DNA of 64,000 bases from an uncultured Eubacteriales bacterium. GTDB taxonomy: Bacteria; Bacillota; Clostridia; Peptostreptococcales; Anaerovoracaceae. Below the pieces are notes generated by a model. The model saw only the letters and a program-made list of their open reading frames with translations. It had not been told where the DNA came from and made no database searches. The translations under genes were made by a program, and so were the position numbers. The stretch is taken from assembly GCA_900540145.1 (NCBI GenBank), contig UQEW01000001.1, positions 176 through 64,175 on the forward strand. The letters run 5' to 3'. This document shows, piece by piece, positions 41,256-51,325 of the stretch (its first letter is position 1; every line of letters starts with the position of its first letter).

Positions 41256-42785
41256 TTGCTGTTTAAGTACAAACTAGCTCAGAAATTTCGCGAGTCGGCT
41301 GCTTCTGTTTTACCTGTGGCATTGATAGTCGCCATTTTATGCTTTTCTATCGCTCCAACGCCTACAGACTTGATGTTGTCCTTTGTAATAGGCACTGTTT
41401 TATTAATCTTAGGTCTTGGTCTGTTTACTTTCGGAGTAGAAAAATCTATGACTCTCATAGGCACTTATACCGGTGCCAAGCTTACAAAATTCAGAAATTT
41501 AGGCATTCTTCTCGTAATAAGTTTCATCTTGGGCGTTATAATTACCATTGCAGAACCTGATCTGCAAGTTTTGGCGGATAACACGCCTCACATCAATACA
41601 GTAATTCTCATTATTACCGTTTCGGTAGGAGTAGGATTATTCCTCATGCTATGTATGCTGCGCATAATTTTGGGTATACAGCTGCGTTATATATTGTTGT
41701 TTTTCTATATAGTTGTCTTTGTTCTGGCTATGTTTTCAGATCCCAACTATATAAGTGTGGCTTTTGACTCCGGTGGGGTTACGACAGGACCCATGACCGT
41801 GCCGTTCATCATGGCTATGGGTGTTGGTGTAGCTTCCATACGAAGCGATAAAAATGCTGAAGCTGATAGTTTCGGTTTGGTAGCTCTATGCTCAATCGGA
41901 CCTATTCTTGCAGTTTTGCTTCTTGGATTTTTTTATGAAGGCGGAGAAGATGCAGTAACCACTTCTATAACAGAATCTTTTCAGGATACAGTTAATTTGA
42001 GCTTGGGATATATACATGCTATTCCTGAATATATGTTTGAAGTAGCTATTGCTCTGTCCCCTATAATTATTTTCTTTCTTATATTTCAGTTGGTAGCTTT
42101 AAAATTGCGTAAGCTTCCTTTTCTCAGAATAGTTTTAGGTATAGCGTTTACTTACGCAGGCCTGGTTTGCTTTCTTGTAGGTGTAAATGTTGGCTTTCTG
42201 CCTCTGGGCACCACGCTGGGCAGCGAATTGGGGACAGGTTGGACCGCATATCTCCTGATTCCTATCGCCGGAATAATCGGTTGGTTCATAGTTTCTGCTG
42301 AACCGGCTGTTCATGTGCTCACAAAACAAGTCGAGGAAATCAGTTCAGGCGCCGTTTCGGAAAAAGCCATAAGAATCAGTCTTTCTATTGCCATATCATT
42401 GGCTATGATGATAGCAATGTTCCGTGTAATCACAGGTATAAGTATCTTCTATTTTATAATACCGGGATACGCTGTCTCTCTGGCTCTCAGCTTTTTTGTT
42501 CCGCAAATGTTTACTGCTATAGCTTTCGACTCCGGCGGAGTTGCATCTGGACCTATGACGGCTACTTTTATGCTTCCTTTCGCTATGGGTGCATGTCAAG
42601 CTCTTGATGGCAATATGCTCACTGACGCTTTTGGGCTTGTTGCCATGGTCGCTATGATGCCGCTTATTACAATTCAGATCATGGGAGCAATATACGTATT
42701 CAAAAGCCGCAAGCAAGAAGAAATGCAAACTCAGCTTAATGTATTTGACGATACAGAAATCATAGAGCTTTGGGAGGTGAAATAA
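41256..42785 (+). CDS. Membrane protein made of two fused DUF1538 repeats
   Basis: 509 aa. TTG start with the ribosome-binding site GAGGGGG. The block AFDSGGV(T/A)(T/S)GPMT occurs twice (about residues 168 and 423), each inside a unit of roughly 250 aa with 6-7 transmembrane helices. Confidence 0.7.
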   Translation: MLFKYKLAQKFRESAASVLPVALIVAILCFSIAPTPTDLMLSFVIGTVLLILGLGLFTFGVEKSMTLIGTYTGAKLTKFRNLGILLVISFILGVIITIAEPDLQVLADNTPHINTVILIITVSVGVGLFLMLCMLRIILGIQLRYILLFFYIVVFVLAMFSDPNYISVAFDSGGVTTGPMTVPFIMAMGVGVASIRSDKNAEADSFGLVALCSIGPILAVLLLGFFYEGGEDAVTTSITESFQDTVNLSLGYIHAIPEYMFEVAIALSPIIIFFLIFQLVALKLRKLPFLRIVLGIAFTYAGLVCFLVGVNVGFLPLGTTLGSELGTGWTAYLLIPIAGIIGWFIVSAEPAVHVLTKQVEEISSGAVSEKAIRISLSIAISLAMMIAMFRVITGISIFYFIIPGYAVSLALSFFVPQMFTAIAFDSGGVASGPMTATFMLPFAMGACQALDGNMLTDAFGLVAMVAMMPLITIQIMGAIYVFKSRKQEEMQTQLNVFDDTEIIELWEVK

Positions 42786-43457
42786 TTGCATTTAAACTGT
42801 GTATTTACGATCATTGACAGAAACGAAGCAGAAATTGCCACTTCCGTATATGAAGATACAGATGTTCCTATGATACTGACTTTGTTAGGTAATGACCCCA
42901 ATGCTGAAGAGCAAATGGACAAATACGGATTTCAATCTGAAGAAAAGGCTGTCATCATTGCTATTGCTAATGATGACAAAACGGCTCAGCTGATAAAAAA
43001 CGCTAAAAGAAAGCTTTTTATCGGGGCGCCCGGTTATGGTATGGTAATGGCAGTACCGATAAAAAGTGTAGGAGGAGGAAAGACATTGGCATATCTTACA
43101 AATAATTCATCATCTGATAAAAAAACACCAAAATTTAAATTCGAATATGAACTTATATTGGTAGTTCTAAATCAAAGTTATATGGACGACGTAATGCAAG
43201 TAGCAAGAGCTGCAGGCGCTTCCGGCGGTACTGTACTTCATGCTAAGGGTACAAGCAAAGAGGCTCAAAAGTTTTTCGGCGTATCTTTAGCCAATGAAAA
43301 AGAAGTAATAATGATAGTCGCCAAAGCCTCCGAAAAGGCTGGTATTATGAAAGCTATTTTAGAGCATACCGGCCCTGAAACTCCTGCCGGAGCCATTACG
43401 TTCTCACTGCCTATATCGGCAGCGGCAGGCATCAACGACGCTGTAGCGGATGCTTGA
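42786..43457 (+). CDS. Tandem PII-like (GlnB-fold) protein
   Basis: 223 aa. TTG start immediately after the upstream stop, with GGGAGGTG 7 nt upstream. It has two PII-like halves of about 100 aa each. The second half reads ...LILVVLNQSYMDDVMQVARAAGASGGTVLHAKGTS... with a Gly-rich T-loop-like segment. Confidence 0.6.
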   Translation: MHLNCVFTIIDRNEAEIATSVYEDTDVPMILTLLGNDPNAEEQMDKYGFQSEEKAVIIAIANDDKTAQLIKNAKRKLFIGAPGYGMVMAVPIKSVGGGKTLAYLTNNSSSDKKTPKFKFEYELILVVLNQSYMDDVMQVARAAGASGGTVLHAKGTSKEAQKFFGVSLANEKEVIMIVAKASEKAGIMKAILEHTGPETPAGAITFSLPISAAAGINDAVADA

Positions 43458-43599
43458 TATAAATTCAGCGTGAATCGTACCGCTCGTTTTATCGTTTTAT
43501 TGTCCTATCGTTTTATTGCCCTATCCATAAGCCCGGCTTGCCTTTAGACACAACGTTGTAAAATTTAAAAAAATTTAAAATGACGCATGGACATCAATG

Positions 43600-43641
43600 C
43601 CGCGCGAGCCTTCAATCCATGGGACAGACCGGCTCGCGCGA
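43600..43641 (-). terminator. Terminator hairpin downstream of panD
   Basis: A 10-bp inverted repeat CGCGCGAGCC...GGCTCGCGCG with a 20-nt loop, followed on the minus strand by a U-rich tract (CAUUUUAAAUUUUUUUAAAUUUU). Confidence 0.45.
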
Positions 43642-43651
43642 CGCACGCTCA

Positions 43652-44038
43652 TCAGACGCCAAGTTGTCCGTGCTTCTCGTAGCTGGAAACACGGTTTACT
43701 TTATTGTTATCATCCACGAATACCACTTTGGGCGGATTTTCTTTTATTTCTTCTCCGGACATCAAAGCGTAGCACATTATTATTATCTTATCTCCCTTTT
43801 GAACACATCTGGCAGCAGCGCCGTTGAGGCAAATCATTCCGCTGCCTCGCTGACCTGCAATGGTATAAGTTTCAAAACGCTGTCCATTGTTGATGTCTAC
43901 AATCTGTACCTTCTCATATTCCAATATTCCTGCTGCCTCAAGCAGCTCTTCATCTATTGTAATGCTTCCCACATAGTCCAGCTCTGCCTGAACCACAGTC
44001 GCTCTGTGGATTTTTCCTTTAAGCATTTGCAAATACAT
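43652..44038 (-). CDS. panD: Aspartate 1-decarboxylase
   Basis: 128 aa pyruvoyl-dependent PanD with the self-cleavage region DYVGSITID. Confidence 0.9.
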   Translation of the reverse strand: MYLQMLKGKIHRATVVQAELDYVGSITIDEELLEAAGILEYEKVQIVDINNGQRFETYTIAGQRGSGMICLNGAAARCVQKGDKIIIMCYALMSGEEIKENPPKVVFVDDNNKVNRVSSYEKHGQLGV

Positions 44039-44039
44039 G

Positions 44040-44915
44040 TTATTTTTCTTCCCCCTTAAAAATAAAGTTGTCTATCAATCGGGTTTTTCCTATGTATACA
44101 GCCATTGCGACAAGTACATCGCCTTTCATCTCCGATACCGGCTCTATGCTGTTGGCGTCTACTGCCTTAACATAATCTATTTGAGCCAGTGGCTCTTTCG
44201 CTATGTGCTCTTTCATAGCAGAGACTATTTTATCAGCATCCGTTTCACCTTCTTCAGCCATCTTAAGTCCCATAGAGACAGCCTGGCTCAGAACTAAAGC
44301 TGCTTTCCTCTCATCTGTGCTGAGATAAGTGTTTCGTGAGCTTTTAGCTAATCCGTCTTCTTCACGAATGATTGGGCAGCCTACTATTTCTATGTCAAAG
44401 TTTAAGTCTCTTACCATTCTTTTTATAACTGCCAGCTGTTGTGCGTCCTTCTGTCCGAAATAGGCTCTGTCGGGTCTTACTATGTTGAACAGCTTCGATA
44501 CTACCGTACACACGCCTCTGAAATGAGTAGGCCTGGTTTTTCCGCAAAGTTCTTCAGTTATGGGGCCTCTCATGTCAACAACGGTTCCTGCATCTTCTTC
44601 ATACATTTCTTCTACTGACGGATGGAAAATCAGATGAGCGCCTGCCGCTTGGCATAAGGCTGCATCTCTTTCCAGGTCTCTCGGATAGCTTTCCAGGTCT
44701 TCTCCCACTCCGAATTGAGTTGGGTTTACGAAATCGCTGACTACTACACGGTCATTTTCCAGGACAGCTCTGTCTATCAGGCTTTTGTGTCCTTCATGCA
44801 AAAATCCCATCGTGGGTACAAGGCCTACGGTCAAGCCTTCCTTTCTCCATTCTTTAATCTGCGCTCTCGTTTCTTCTATGGTGGTTGCTATCTTCATGGT
44901 ATCTGCAATCTTCAT
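44040..44915 (-). CDS. panC: Pantoate-beta-alanine ligase
   Basis: 291 aa with the motifs [10 protein letters not shown] and FGQKDAQQ. Confidence 0.95.
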   Translation of the reverse strand: MKIADTMKIATTIEETRAQIKEWRKEGLTVGLVPTMGFLHEGHKSLIDRAVLENDRVVVSDFVNPTQFGVGEDLESYPRDLERDAALCQAAGAHLIFHPSVEEMYEEDAGTVVDMRGPITEELCGKTRPTHFRGVCTVVSKLFNIVRPDRAYFGQKDAQQLAVIKRMVRDLNFDIEIVGCPIIREEDGLAKSSRNTYLSTDERKAALVLSQAVSMGLKMAEEGETDADKIVSAMKEHIAKEPLAQIDYVKAVDANSIEPVSEMKGDVLVAMAVYIGKTRLIDNFIFKGEEK

Positions 44916-44928
44916 TAAAGCGTTCCTC

Positions 44929-45756
44929 CTAATAAAGTTTTTCTATGATTTGATCGTCTATCTTGAAAGTGTGTTCTTCCGCCGGGAAAGTTCCAGCCTT
45001 TACTTCTTCTATATAAGCCTTGAAGCCTTCTCTCATTACGCTTCCCACATCGGCAAAATGTTTAACAAATTTCGGTTTGAAGTCTGAAAACAGCGCGAGC
45101 ATATCCTGGTACACCAGAACTTGTCCATCGCAGCCGGCTCCTGCGCCGATACCTATAGTAGGGATATTGACAGTTTTTGTTATGAGCTCAGCCAGTTTTG
45201 CCGGAACGCATTCAAGGACAACGGCAAAAGCCCCGGCTTCTTCTACGGCTTTAGCCTCATCTAAAATTCTTCTGGCAGCTTCCTCAGATTTTCCTTGCAC
45301 TTTGAAGCCGCCAAAAGCATTGACTGACTGAGGTGTCAAGCCTATATGGGCCATCACAGGTATGGAAGCTTCTGTTATAGCTTTAATCTGAGGACAAACT
45401 GCTGCTCCTCCTTCCAGCTTAACTGCATTGCATCTGCCTTCCTTCATCAGCCTCCCTGCATTGACTACAGCATCATACACTGAAGCCTGATAACTCATGA
45501 AAGGCATGTCGCCTACTACCAATGCGTTTTTTGCCCCTCTGGCCACCGCTGCTGTATGATGAATCATATCTTCCATAGTTACAGATAGCGTATCTTCGTA
45601 TCCCAGCATTACCATGCCGAGAGAGTCTCCCACCAGCAGCATGTTTATGCCTGCTTCGTCCATCAGTTTTGCCGTCGAGTAGTCATATGCCGTAAGCATA
45701 GTTATTTTATCACCGTCTTTTTTCTGTTGTCTGGCTGTAGCTACAGTATTTTTCAT
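44929..45756 (-). CDS. panB: 3-methyl-2-oxobutanoate hydroxymethyltransferase
   Basis: 275 aa, with the PanB TIM-barrel fold. Confidence 0.95.
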   Translation of the reverse strand: MKNTVATARQQKKDGDKITMLTAYDYSTAKLMDEAGINMLLVGDSLGMVMLGYEDTLSVTMEDMIHHTAAVARGAKNALVVGDMPFMSYQASVYDAVVNAGRLMKEGRCNAVKLEGGAAVCPQIKAITEASIPVMAHIGLTPQSVNAFGGFKVQGKSEEAARRILDEAKAVEEAGAFAVVLECVPAKLAELITKTVNIPTIGIGAGAGCDGQVLVYQDMLALFSDFKPKFVKHFADVGSVMREGFKAYIEEVKAGTFPAEEHTFKIDDQIIEKLY

Positions 45757-45811
45757 CTTGTTGTCCTCCCGTTTTTAATATTCTATATAGTTCCGATAAT
45801 AGTTTCGACAA

Positions 45812-46666
45812 TTATACAATTCGGATAATTTTCTCAAGTGGTTCGTAATCTCTATCAGGATGTTTTTTATGGGCTATTTCTATCAGTCTGTCCGAAAGAA
45901 GCCTGTAAATCAGCTCTTGTTTTTCTCCCACATCTTTCAGCGCTCGCAAATGTCCCTCTACCGTAAGCGTATCTCCTCTCTCTACAGGTCCGGTCAAGGC
46001 CTTTTCAGGCCCCAGCATTGCCACGCTTCTGGCATTGCCCTCCAAAAGAGGTGCCAAAGCCTCCTTTGCCTCTTCTCTTTGAAATCCACATTCTATAAGC
46101 ATCGATATCCCCAGATCCGCCAAAGCTGCTATATGATTGCTCACAGTGACGGCGGCGCAGTGATACAGGCTTTTTTTGTCTTTTGATATAACTATCACCT
46201 TATTGCCGAAAGATTGAAAAAGTTTTTTCATTTGTTTCAAGTGGTTATCACTGCCTTCCATGGAAAAATAAGCCTTTTCCAGTTCTTTATACGACTTTTT
46301 CTTATCGTTTATGGCATATATAGGGTGTATCGAATACGCTGACGCGCCTTTTTCTTCTGCATCAAAAAAAACGGTCGATGAAATCGAACCGCTGCAATGA
46401 CATATATTCTTATCTTTTATTGGCAGATTACGCAATTCCTCCCACACTGTCCCTATAGCCCCGTCGGGTACGGTTATGAAAAGTGTGTCGCTGTCGTTAA
46501 CTATATCAGCTAAGTTTTCGTAACTTTTGGTATCTGTAAATTCTGCCGCTTCTATGGCGGAACGGTTACTCCTGCTGTAATATCCCGTAAGTTCCGTCCC
46601 TCTCTCTTTCAGATACTTTCCCAATGAAAAGCCGACTTTGCCGGCTCCTATAAATCCTGCCTTCAT
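45812..46666 (-). CDS. panG: Rossmann-fold DUF2520 protein, likely PanG-type ketopantoate reductase
   Basis: The start is placed at ATG 46666 (MKAGFIGAGKVGFSLG), with the ribosome-binding site AGAGGTG 6 nt upstream. It is the first gene of the pan operon, and no panE is recognisable in the window. Confidence 0.5.
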   Translation of the reverse strand: MKAGFIGAGKVGFSLGKYLKERGTELTGYYSRSNRSAIEAAEFTDTKSYENLADIVNDSDTLFITVPDGAIGTVWEELRNLPIKDKNICHCSGSISSTVFFDAEEKGASAYSIHPIYAINDKKKSYKELEKAYFSMEGSDNHLKQMKKLFQSFGNKVIVISKDKKSLYHCAAVTVSNHIAALADLGISMLIECGFQREEAKEALAPLLEGNARSVAMLGPEKALTGPVERGDTLTVEGHLRALKDVGEKQELIYRLLSDRLIEIAHKKHPDRDYEPLEKIIRIV

Positions 46667-47015
46667 ACTCATCACCTCTTTCTTGAGCGCTCTCCTTGAG
46701 CCAAACCGTTTCTCAAGCAATACACAGCATGACGGTATAAAGCGTATCTCTGTGCCAGTGCCACTCCTAAGCGCGGATGCAGCCTCGCGATTTCCAATAA
46801 AAAATATACAAATTATGTGGTACAGCTTGTTCAAAATGCCATCCACCAATTAATATAGCATTTTAGCAGAGATTTGTACAGGGAAATTTTATACTCACCT
46901 TCCGGCTTACTATTTAAAAAGCACTTGTTAATATTAAATGCATTTCACTTATATTTTCCGCATATCTTTATTGAAGACTTATTTATATCATACTTACACC
47001 CCGGGAGCCCCCTTA

Positions 47016-47593
47016 TGAAAAAAATCAAAAAACTATCGATACTTTTTCTTGTCGTCTTCATTCTCTCATCTTCAATCTCCGTATTCGCCATAACAAGACC
47101 GTCATCTCTTGGCGGTTACGACGGAAACGCGCTGCGAGCTGTAGCTCTGTCTCAGGTAGGCAATTCAGGAGGCGAAAAATACTGGAAATGGTGCGGTTTT
47201 GAAACACGCGTAGACTGGTGCGCCTGTTTTGTTTCTTGGTGCCTTGCAAACTGCTATGGCAAGGACTCTGTCTCGCCTGCCTCTTTACAGCTCGAATCTC
47301 CGTCGCCTGCTTATCCCGCTTTTTCCTCTTGTGCTGAATTCATCAGCTGGTTTAAAAGCAACCGTCTCTGGTATGGAACTTCTGTAGAGCCGTTGCCCGG
47401 AATGATAATTTTTTTCGACTGGGAAGGTGACGGTACTGCCGACCATATGGGTATTGTAAACAAAATCGAAGACCGGCAGATATACGTTATAGAAGGCAAC
47501 AGCGGCAATCAATGCGCAATAAACAACTATGACATTGATTCCCCGGTCATATTCGGGTACGGAGCGGCTTGGCAGGATATCATAGGCAAATAG
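47016..47593 (+). CDS. Secreted CHAP-domain peptidoglycan hydrolase
   Basis: The start is placed at the internal Met (MKKIKKLSILFLVVFIL), which opens a signal peptide. The CHAP catalytic Cys (WCACFVSWC) and His (GDGTADHMGIV) are present. Confidence 0.7.
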
Positions 47594-47625
47594 CCATGCA
47601 GCGATTATGCTGTTGTCTGCAAAGC

Positions 47626-47976
47626 TCAGTCCTGCACCAGGCCGAGCTTTACGGAAATGATATTGGAAATTTTAATATCCGTATCTTCTACTCGGATGAT
47701 GCGGGAAATCTTGTCTAACTTTTTCACTCTGCCTAAAACGGTTACGTATTCTCCGAAATGATAATATTCCACCTCTACCATAGAACCCACTTCTATATCC
47801 GCAATCCGTCTGTTCAGTTCTTCTACCTCATCATCCAAAAGCTCTTTTGGAGCACATAATACTTTTTCTGCCTTTTCCAGCTCTTCTGCCAATCCTTTGA
47901 GCGCTGAAAAAGGCATGAATTGCTTAGCTCTTTCGGAACGTCTCATGGCGACATTTCTTTGTTGTTGCCGGCTCAC
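47626..47976 (-). CDS. YolD-like protein, accessory to the Y-family polymerase
   Basis: 116 aa. Its start overlaps the stop of the upstream polymerase gene by 4 nt. Confidence 0.55.
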   Translation of the reverse strand: MSRQQQRNVAMRRSERAKQFMPFSALKGLAEELEKAEKVLCAPKELLDDEVEELNRRIADIEVGSMVEVEYYHFGEYVTVLGRVKKLDKISRIIRVEDTDIKISNIISVKLGLVQD

Positions 47977-49289
47977 GCTTTATGACCTCCTATCTGTTGA
48001 TTTCTTTGGATAGCTGTGGCGCCCTCTTCCAAACTCATAGCTCTGAATAAAGCATTCTTTCCAAATTTGTGTTTTATATTTGATATGCTTTTGGACAGCT
48101 CCTTATCCTTTTCCAGTTCTGCGGCATCGTGCAAAAAGTTCAATTGAACGCTGCTATCACATATCAGGCCGTTAAAAGAAATATTTATGCGCTTTACAAA
48201 GCAGGTATCATCTATTATTTTTTCATAGAGTTCAACTGCGCTTTTTATGATTACGCTGTACGAACCGGTATGAAAAGGCAGCGATATGCTTCCGTTAGCT
48301 GAAGAACTGGACGTACGAAAGTTTTGTCGCTCCGCAACCATTCCTGAAAGCTCATCCTTCTTTGAATACCCTATCCATATGCTGATAGAATCGGTTAAAA
48401 CTTCTTTTTCTGAAAGCTCTGCACACAAGCTTTCTACCATTTCTTTCAATATAAGGCGTGCTTTGCAACAGTCGTAAGGCTTTGAAAGGACCTGCCCTGA
48501 CGTAATACTCCTGACCTTTGGCACATAAGTTTTTATATCTTCCATGGTAACAGTCTCCCTCCCCCACGCGTGGTCTATCAAAAGCTCCGCGTCTATGCCG
48601 AAATTTCGATATATCAACTTTTCATCAGCCTGAGCCAACTGCCCCATGGTGCTGATTCCATATTTGGCAAGTCTTTCTGCAGTGCCCCTTCCTATACGCC
48701 AAAAATCCGTTATCGGTTTATGATCCCATAAAATCTCCCTATAAGTTTTCTCATTGAGCACAGCTATGCCGTCTTTTGACTTTTTTGCTTCTATGTCAAG
48801 AGCAATCTTGGCCAGATACAAGTTGGTTCCTATTCCACACGCCGCAGTAATCCCTGTAGATTCAAAAATATCTTTAAGGATTGCCTTTACCATAGCTTCT
48901 GCATCTCGGCCGTACATCCCCAGATAACGGCTGGCATCTATAAACACTTCGTCTATGGAATATACGTGTATGTCATCTTTGCTGAAATATTTAAGATATA
49001 TCTTGTATATTCTGGCCGAGTATTTGATATAGAGTTTCATCCTGGGTACAGCTTTTATATATTCAATAGTCGGCGGAATCTGAAAAATACGGCACCTGTT
49101 TTTTACGCCCATTTTTTTCAAAGTCGGGGTTACAGCCAAACATATCGTGTTATCTCCCCTTTCCGGATCAGCTACTACCAGTTTCGCCTTAAGAGGATCA
49201 AGGCCCCGCTCCACGCATTCTACAGAAGCATAGAATGATTTCAAGTCTATACACAAATAGCAACTTTCGTTCACCGCCGTCATCTCCAA
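47973..49289 (-). CDS. Y-family DNA polymerase (UmuC / YqjW-like translesion polymerase)
   Basis: 438 aa. The N-terminus YLCIDLKSFYASVE and the palm and finger motifs of the UmuC/DinB family are present. Confidence 0.85.
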   Translation of the reverse strand: MEMTAVNESCYLCIDLKSFYASVECVERGLDPLKAKLVVADPERGDNTICLAVTPTLKKMGVKNRCRIFQIPPTIEYIKAVPRMKLYIKYSARIYKIYLKYFSKDDIHVYSIDEVFIDASRYLGMYGRDAEAMVKAILKDIFESTGITAACGIGTNLYLAKIALDIEAKKSKDGIAVLNEKTYREILWDHKPITDFWRIGRGTAERLAKYGISTMGQLAQADEKLIYRNFGIDAELLIDHAWGRETVTMEDIKTYVPKVRSITSGQVLSKPYDCCKARLILKEMVESLCAELSEKEVLTDSISIWIGYSKKDELSGMVAERQNFRTSSSSANGSISLPFHTGSYSVIIKSAVELYEKIIDDTCFVKRINISFNGLICDSSVQLNFLHDAAELEKDKELSKSISNIKHKFGKNALFRAMSLEEGATAIQRNQQIGGHKA

Positions 49290-49322
49290 TCTGTTTTTTG
49301 TAAGTATAAGTTAATTATATAA

Positions 49323-49334
49323 GAACATACGTTC
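49323..49334. promoter_or_regulatory. Firmicute LexA (Cheo) box GAACATACGTTC
   Basis: Exact GAAC-N4-GTTC, lying 34-45 nt upstream of the Y-family polymerase start codon. Confidence 0.6.
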
Positions 49335-49449
49335 TTTTTCAACAGGAAAAATTTTTCCCTTTTGCTAATTTTTTGTTAATTTTTTAATTTCTAAGCTTGA
49401 ATAAAAATTTAAAGAGTATATAATAGTCTGAATAAAGGAGGTATTGATT

Positions 49450-50823
49450 ATGGCAAAAAGTTTAGCACATATCGCAGAAAGAAAAGCTTTCGGAATGGCT
49501 TTAAATTCACTGATCGACAAGGGACGAAAGGGTACTTTTTCTGATGAGGCTTTAGCTTTAATTGACCGTATAGAAAAGATCCTAGGGGACTCCTGGCAAA
49601 GCTCTTCCTATGAAATGCTGAGAAATATCGCAAAGTCTCCCGATAGTAAATGGGCGCACTTTGCAGATAGAATCGTCAGAGAGGTGGATCCTCATATTCT
49701 TAAAACATTTCTGCTGAATGCCGGATTTGAAGCCGGTTTCCGCGGTTTTAAGACTTCTACAGCCATGAAGAAAAAATATGACTGTAATATTCCATGGATA
49801 ATACTTATGGACCCCACGACAGCGTGTAACATGCACTGTACAGGCTGCTGGGCTGCCGAATACGGCAACAAGCTGAATCTTTCCTATGAAGTTATGGATA
49901 AGATAATAACAGAGGGGAAAGAGCTTGGTATATATGCTTATCTTTTCACCGGCGGAGAACCTTTAATCCGCAAAGATGATATAATCAAGCTATGTGAAAA
50001 GCACAACGATGTAGCTTTCCACGCTTTTACCAACGGAACTCTCATCGACCAAAAATTCTGTGACGATTTGCTCAGAGTTGGTAATTTCTTCGTATCGGTA
50101 AGTATCGAGGGTTTCGAAGAAAGCAATGACGGCAGACGCGGTCAGGGGCATTATCATAAAGCGCTTGAAGCAATGGATCTTATGCACAAGAACCACATTC
50201 CTTTCGGCGTATCCATCTGCTATACAAGCAAGAACTATCTGACGGTCACCAGTGACGAATTCTTAGATATGCTTATAGATAAAGGCTGCGTATTCGCCTG
50301 GTATTTCCATTACATGCCTGTAGGTGTCAACGCCAGCACTGAGCTGTTGCTCACTCCTGAGCAAAGAACATACATGTATCACAAAATTCGTGAAATCCGC
50401 GGTCTTGAAGGTGGAAAAGAATTGTTCGCTATAGATTTCCAAAACGATGGAGAGTTTGTTCACGGTTGTATAGCCGGTGGAGAAAGATATTGCCATATAA
50501 ACGCCAATGGTGATGTAGAACCTTGCGTTTTCATTCATTATTCAGGAGCCAACATCAAAGAGCAATCTCTTCTCGATTGTCTCAGACAACCTCTGTTTCT
50601 GGCTTACAAGGAGGGACAACCGTTCAACGACAATATGCTCAGACCTTGTCCTATGTTGGAGAATCCTGAAAAACTCCAGGAACTTGTTAAAGCTACAGGA
50701 GCAAAATCCACAGATTTGGAAGCTCCTGAATCTTGTGAACACCTCTGCGGTAAATGCGTTCAATATGCAAAAGATTGGGCGCCTGTAGCTGATAAGCTTT
50801 GGAAAGAAAGCCACGGAGAATAA
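49450..50823 (+). CDS. Radical SAM enzyme with a C-terminal SPASM/twitch-like auxiliary Fe-S domain and an N-terminal extension of about 120 aa
   Basis: ATG 49450 is preceded by AAGGAGG. It has CNMHCTGC (C-x3-C-x2-C) at about residue 128, the motif GGEPL, and C-terminal cysteines CxxxxxC...C and CEHLCGKC. Confidence 0.65.
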   Translation: MAKSLAHIAERKAFGMALNSLIDKGRKGTFSDEALALIDRIEKILGDSWQSSSYEMLRNIAKSPDSKWAHFADRIVREVDPHILKTFLLNAGFEAGFRGFKTSTAMKKKYDCNIPWIILMDPTTACNMHCTGCWAAEYGNKLNLSYEVMDKIITEGKELGIYAYLFTGGEPLIRKDDIIKLCEKHNDVAFHAFTNGTLIDQKFCDDLLRVGNFFVSVSIEGFEESNDGRRGQGHYHKALEAMDLMHKNHIPFGVSICYTSKNYLTVTSDEFLDMLIDKGCVFAWYFHYMPVGVNASTELLLTPEQRTYMYHKIREIRGLEGGKELFAIDFQNDGEFVHGCIAGGERYCHINANGDVEPCVFIHYSGANIKEQSLLDCLRQPLFLAYKEGQPFNDNMLRPCPMLENPEKLQELVKATGAKSTDLEAPESCEHLCGKCVQYAKDWAPVADKLWKESHGE

Positions 50824-50825
50824 TA

Positions 50826-50875
50826 AAAAAATGTCCTTAACATGGTTGTTAAATCATGTCAGGGACATTTTTTAT
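50826..50875. terminator. Bidirectional terminator between the convergent radical-SAM and ybaN genes
   Basis: An A-run, then the inverted repeat ATGTCC...GGACAT, then a T-run. Confidence 0.5.
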
Positions 50876-50890
50876 ATATTAAATTTTTTA

Positions 50891-51301
50891 TCAATTATCA
50901 GACATTGCTGTCAAAGCGGAGTCTCTTTTTATGGTTTTAACGCCAAACACAAAATAAACGATGTGGCATATCCATATAAAAGCCAATATGATACTCGGGA
51001 TCAGAATATTTGCCCTCATCATCATGAAAAATCCAAGCCCCATAAGTAATGTAACAGGTATGATAATACTTACTTTGGTCTGCACAGTCATGCCTTTTTT
51101 CTTGACAAACGAATCCAAGTGTTTTTTATAAAGTTTAGTATTAATAAACCAGTTATGAAGCCGTTGGGATGACTTAGCAAAGCAAAACACTGTAACTAAA
51201 AAAAATGGTACTGTGGGTAAAATGGGAAGAACAACTCCCACACATCCCAACGCCATGAAGATAAACCCTAAAACCAAAAAAACAATCCGTTTTAATTTCA
51301 T
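50891..51301 (-). CDS. YbaN/DUF454 family small inner-membrane protein
   Basis: 136 aa, about 4 transmembrane helices, last gene of the minus-strand operon. Confidence 0.65.
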   Translation of the reverse strand: MKLKRIVFLVLGFIFMALGCVGVVLPILPTVPFFLVTVFCFAKSSQRLHNWFINTKLYKKHLDSFVKKKGMTVQTKVSIIIPVTLLMGLGFFMMMRANILIPSIILAFIWICHIVYFVFGVKTIKRDSALTAMSDN

Positions 51302-51325
51302 CTTTTACCTCCTAATTTTCTGTCT

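Noticed and set aside
46850-49440. Prophage or integrative element carrying the CHAP, YolD and Y-polymerase genes
   Set aside because: No integrase, recombinase, repeat-flanked att site or structural phage gene is visible. A three-gene accessory island is possible but unsupported. It is recorded only as the SOS-cassette finding.
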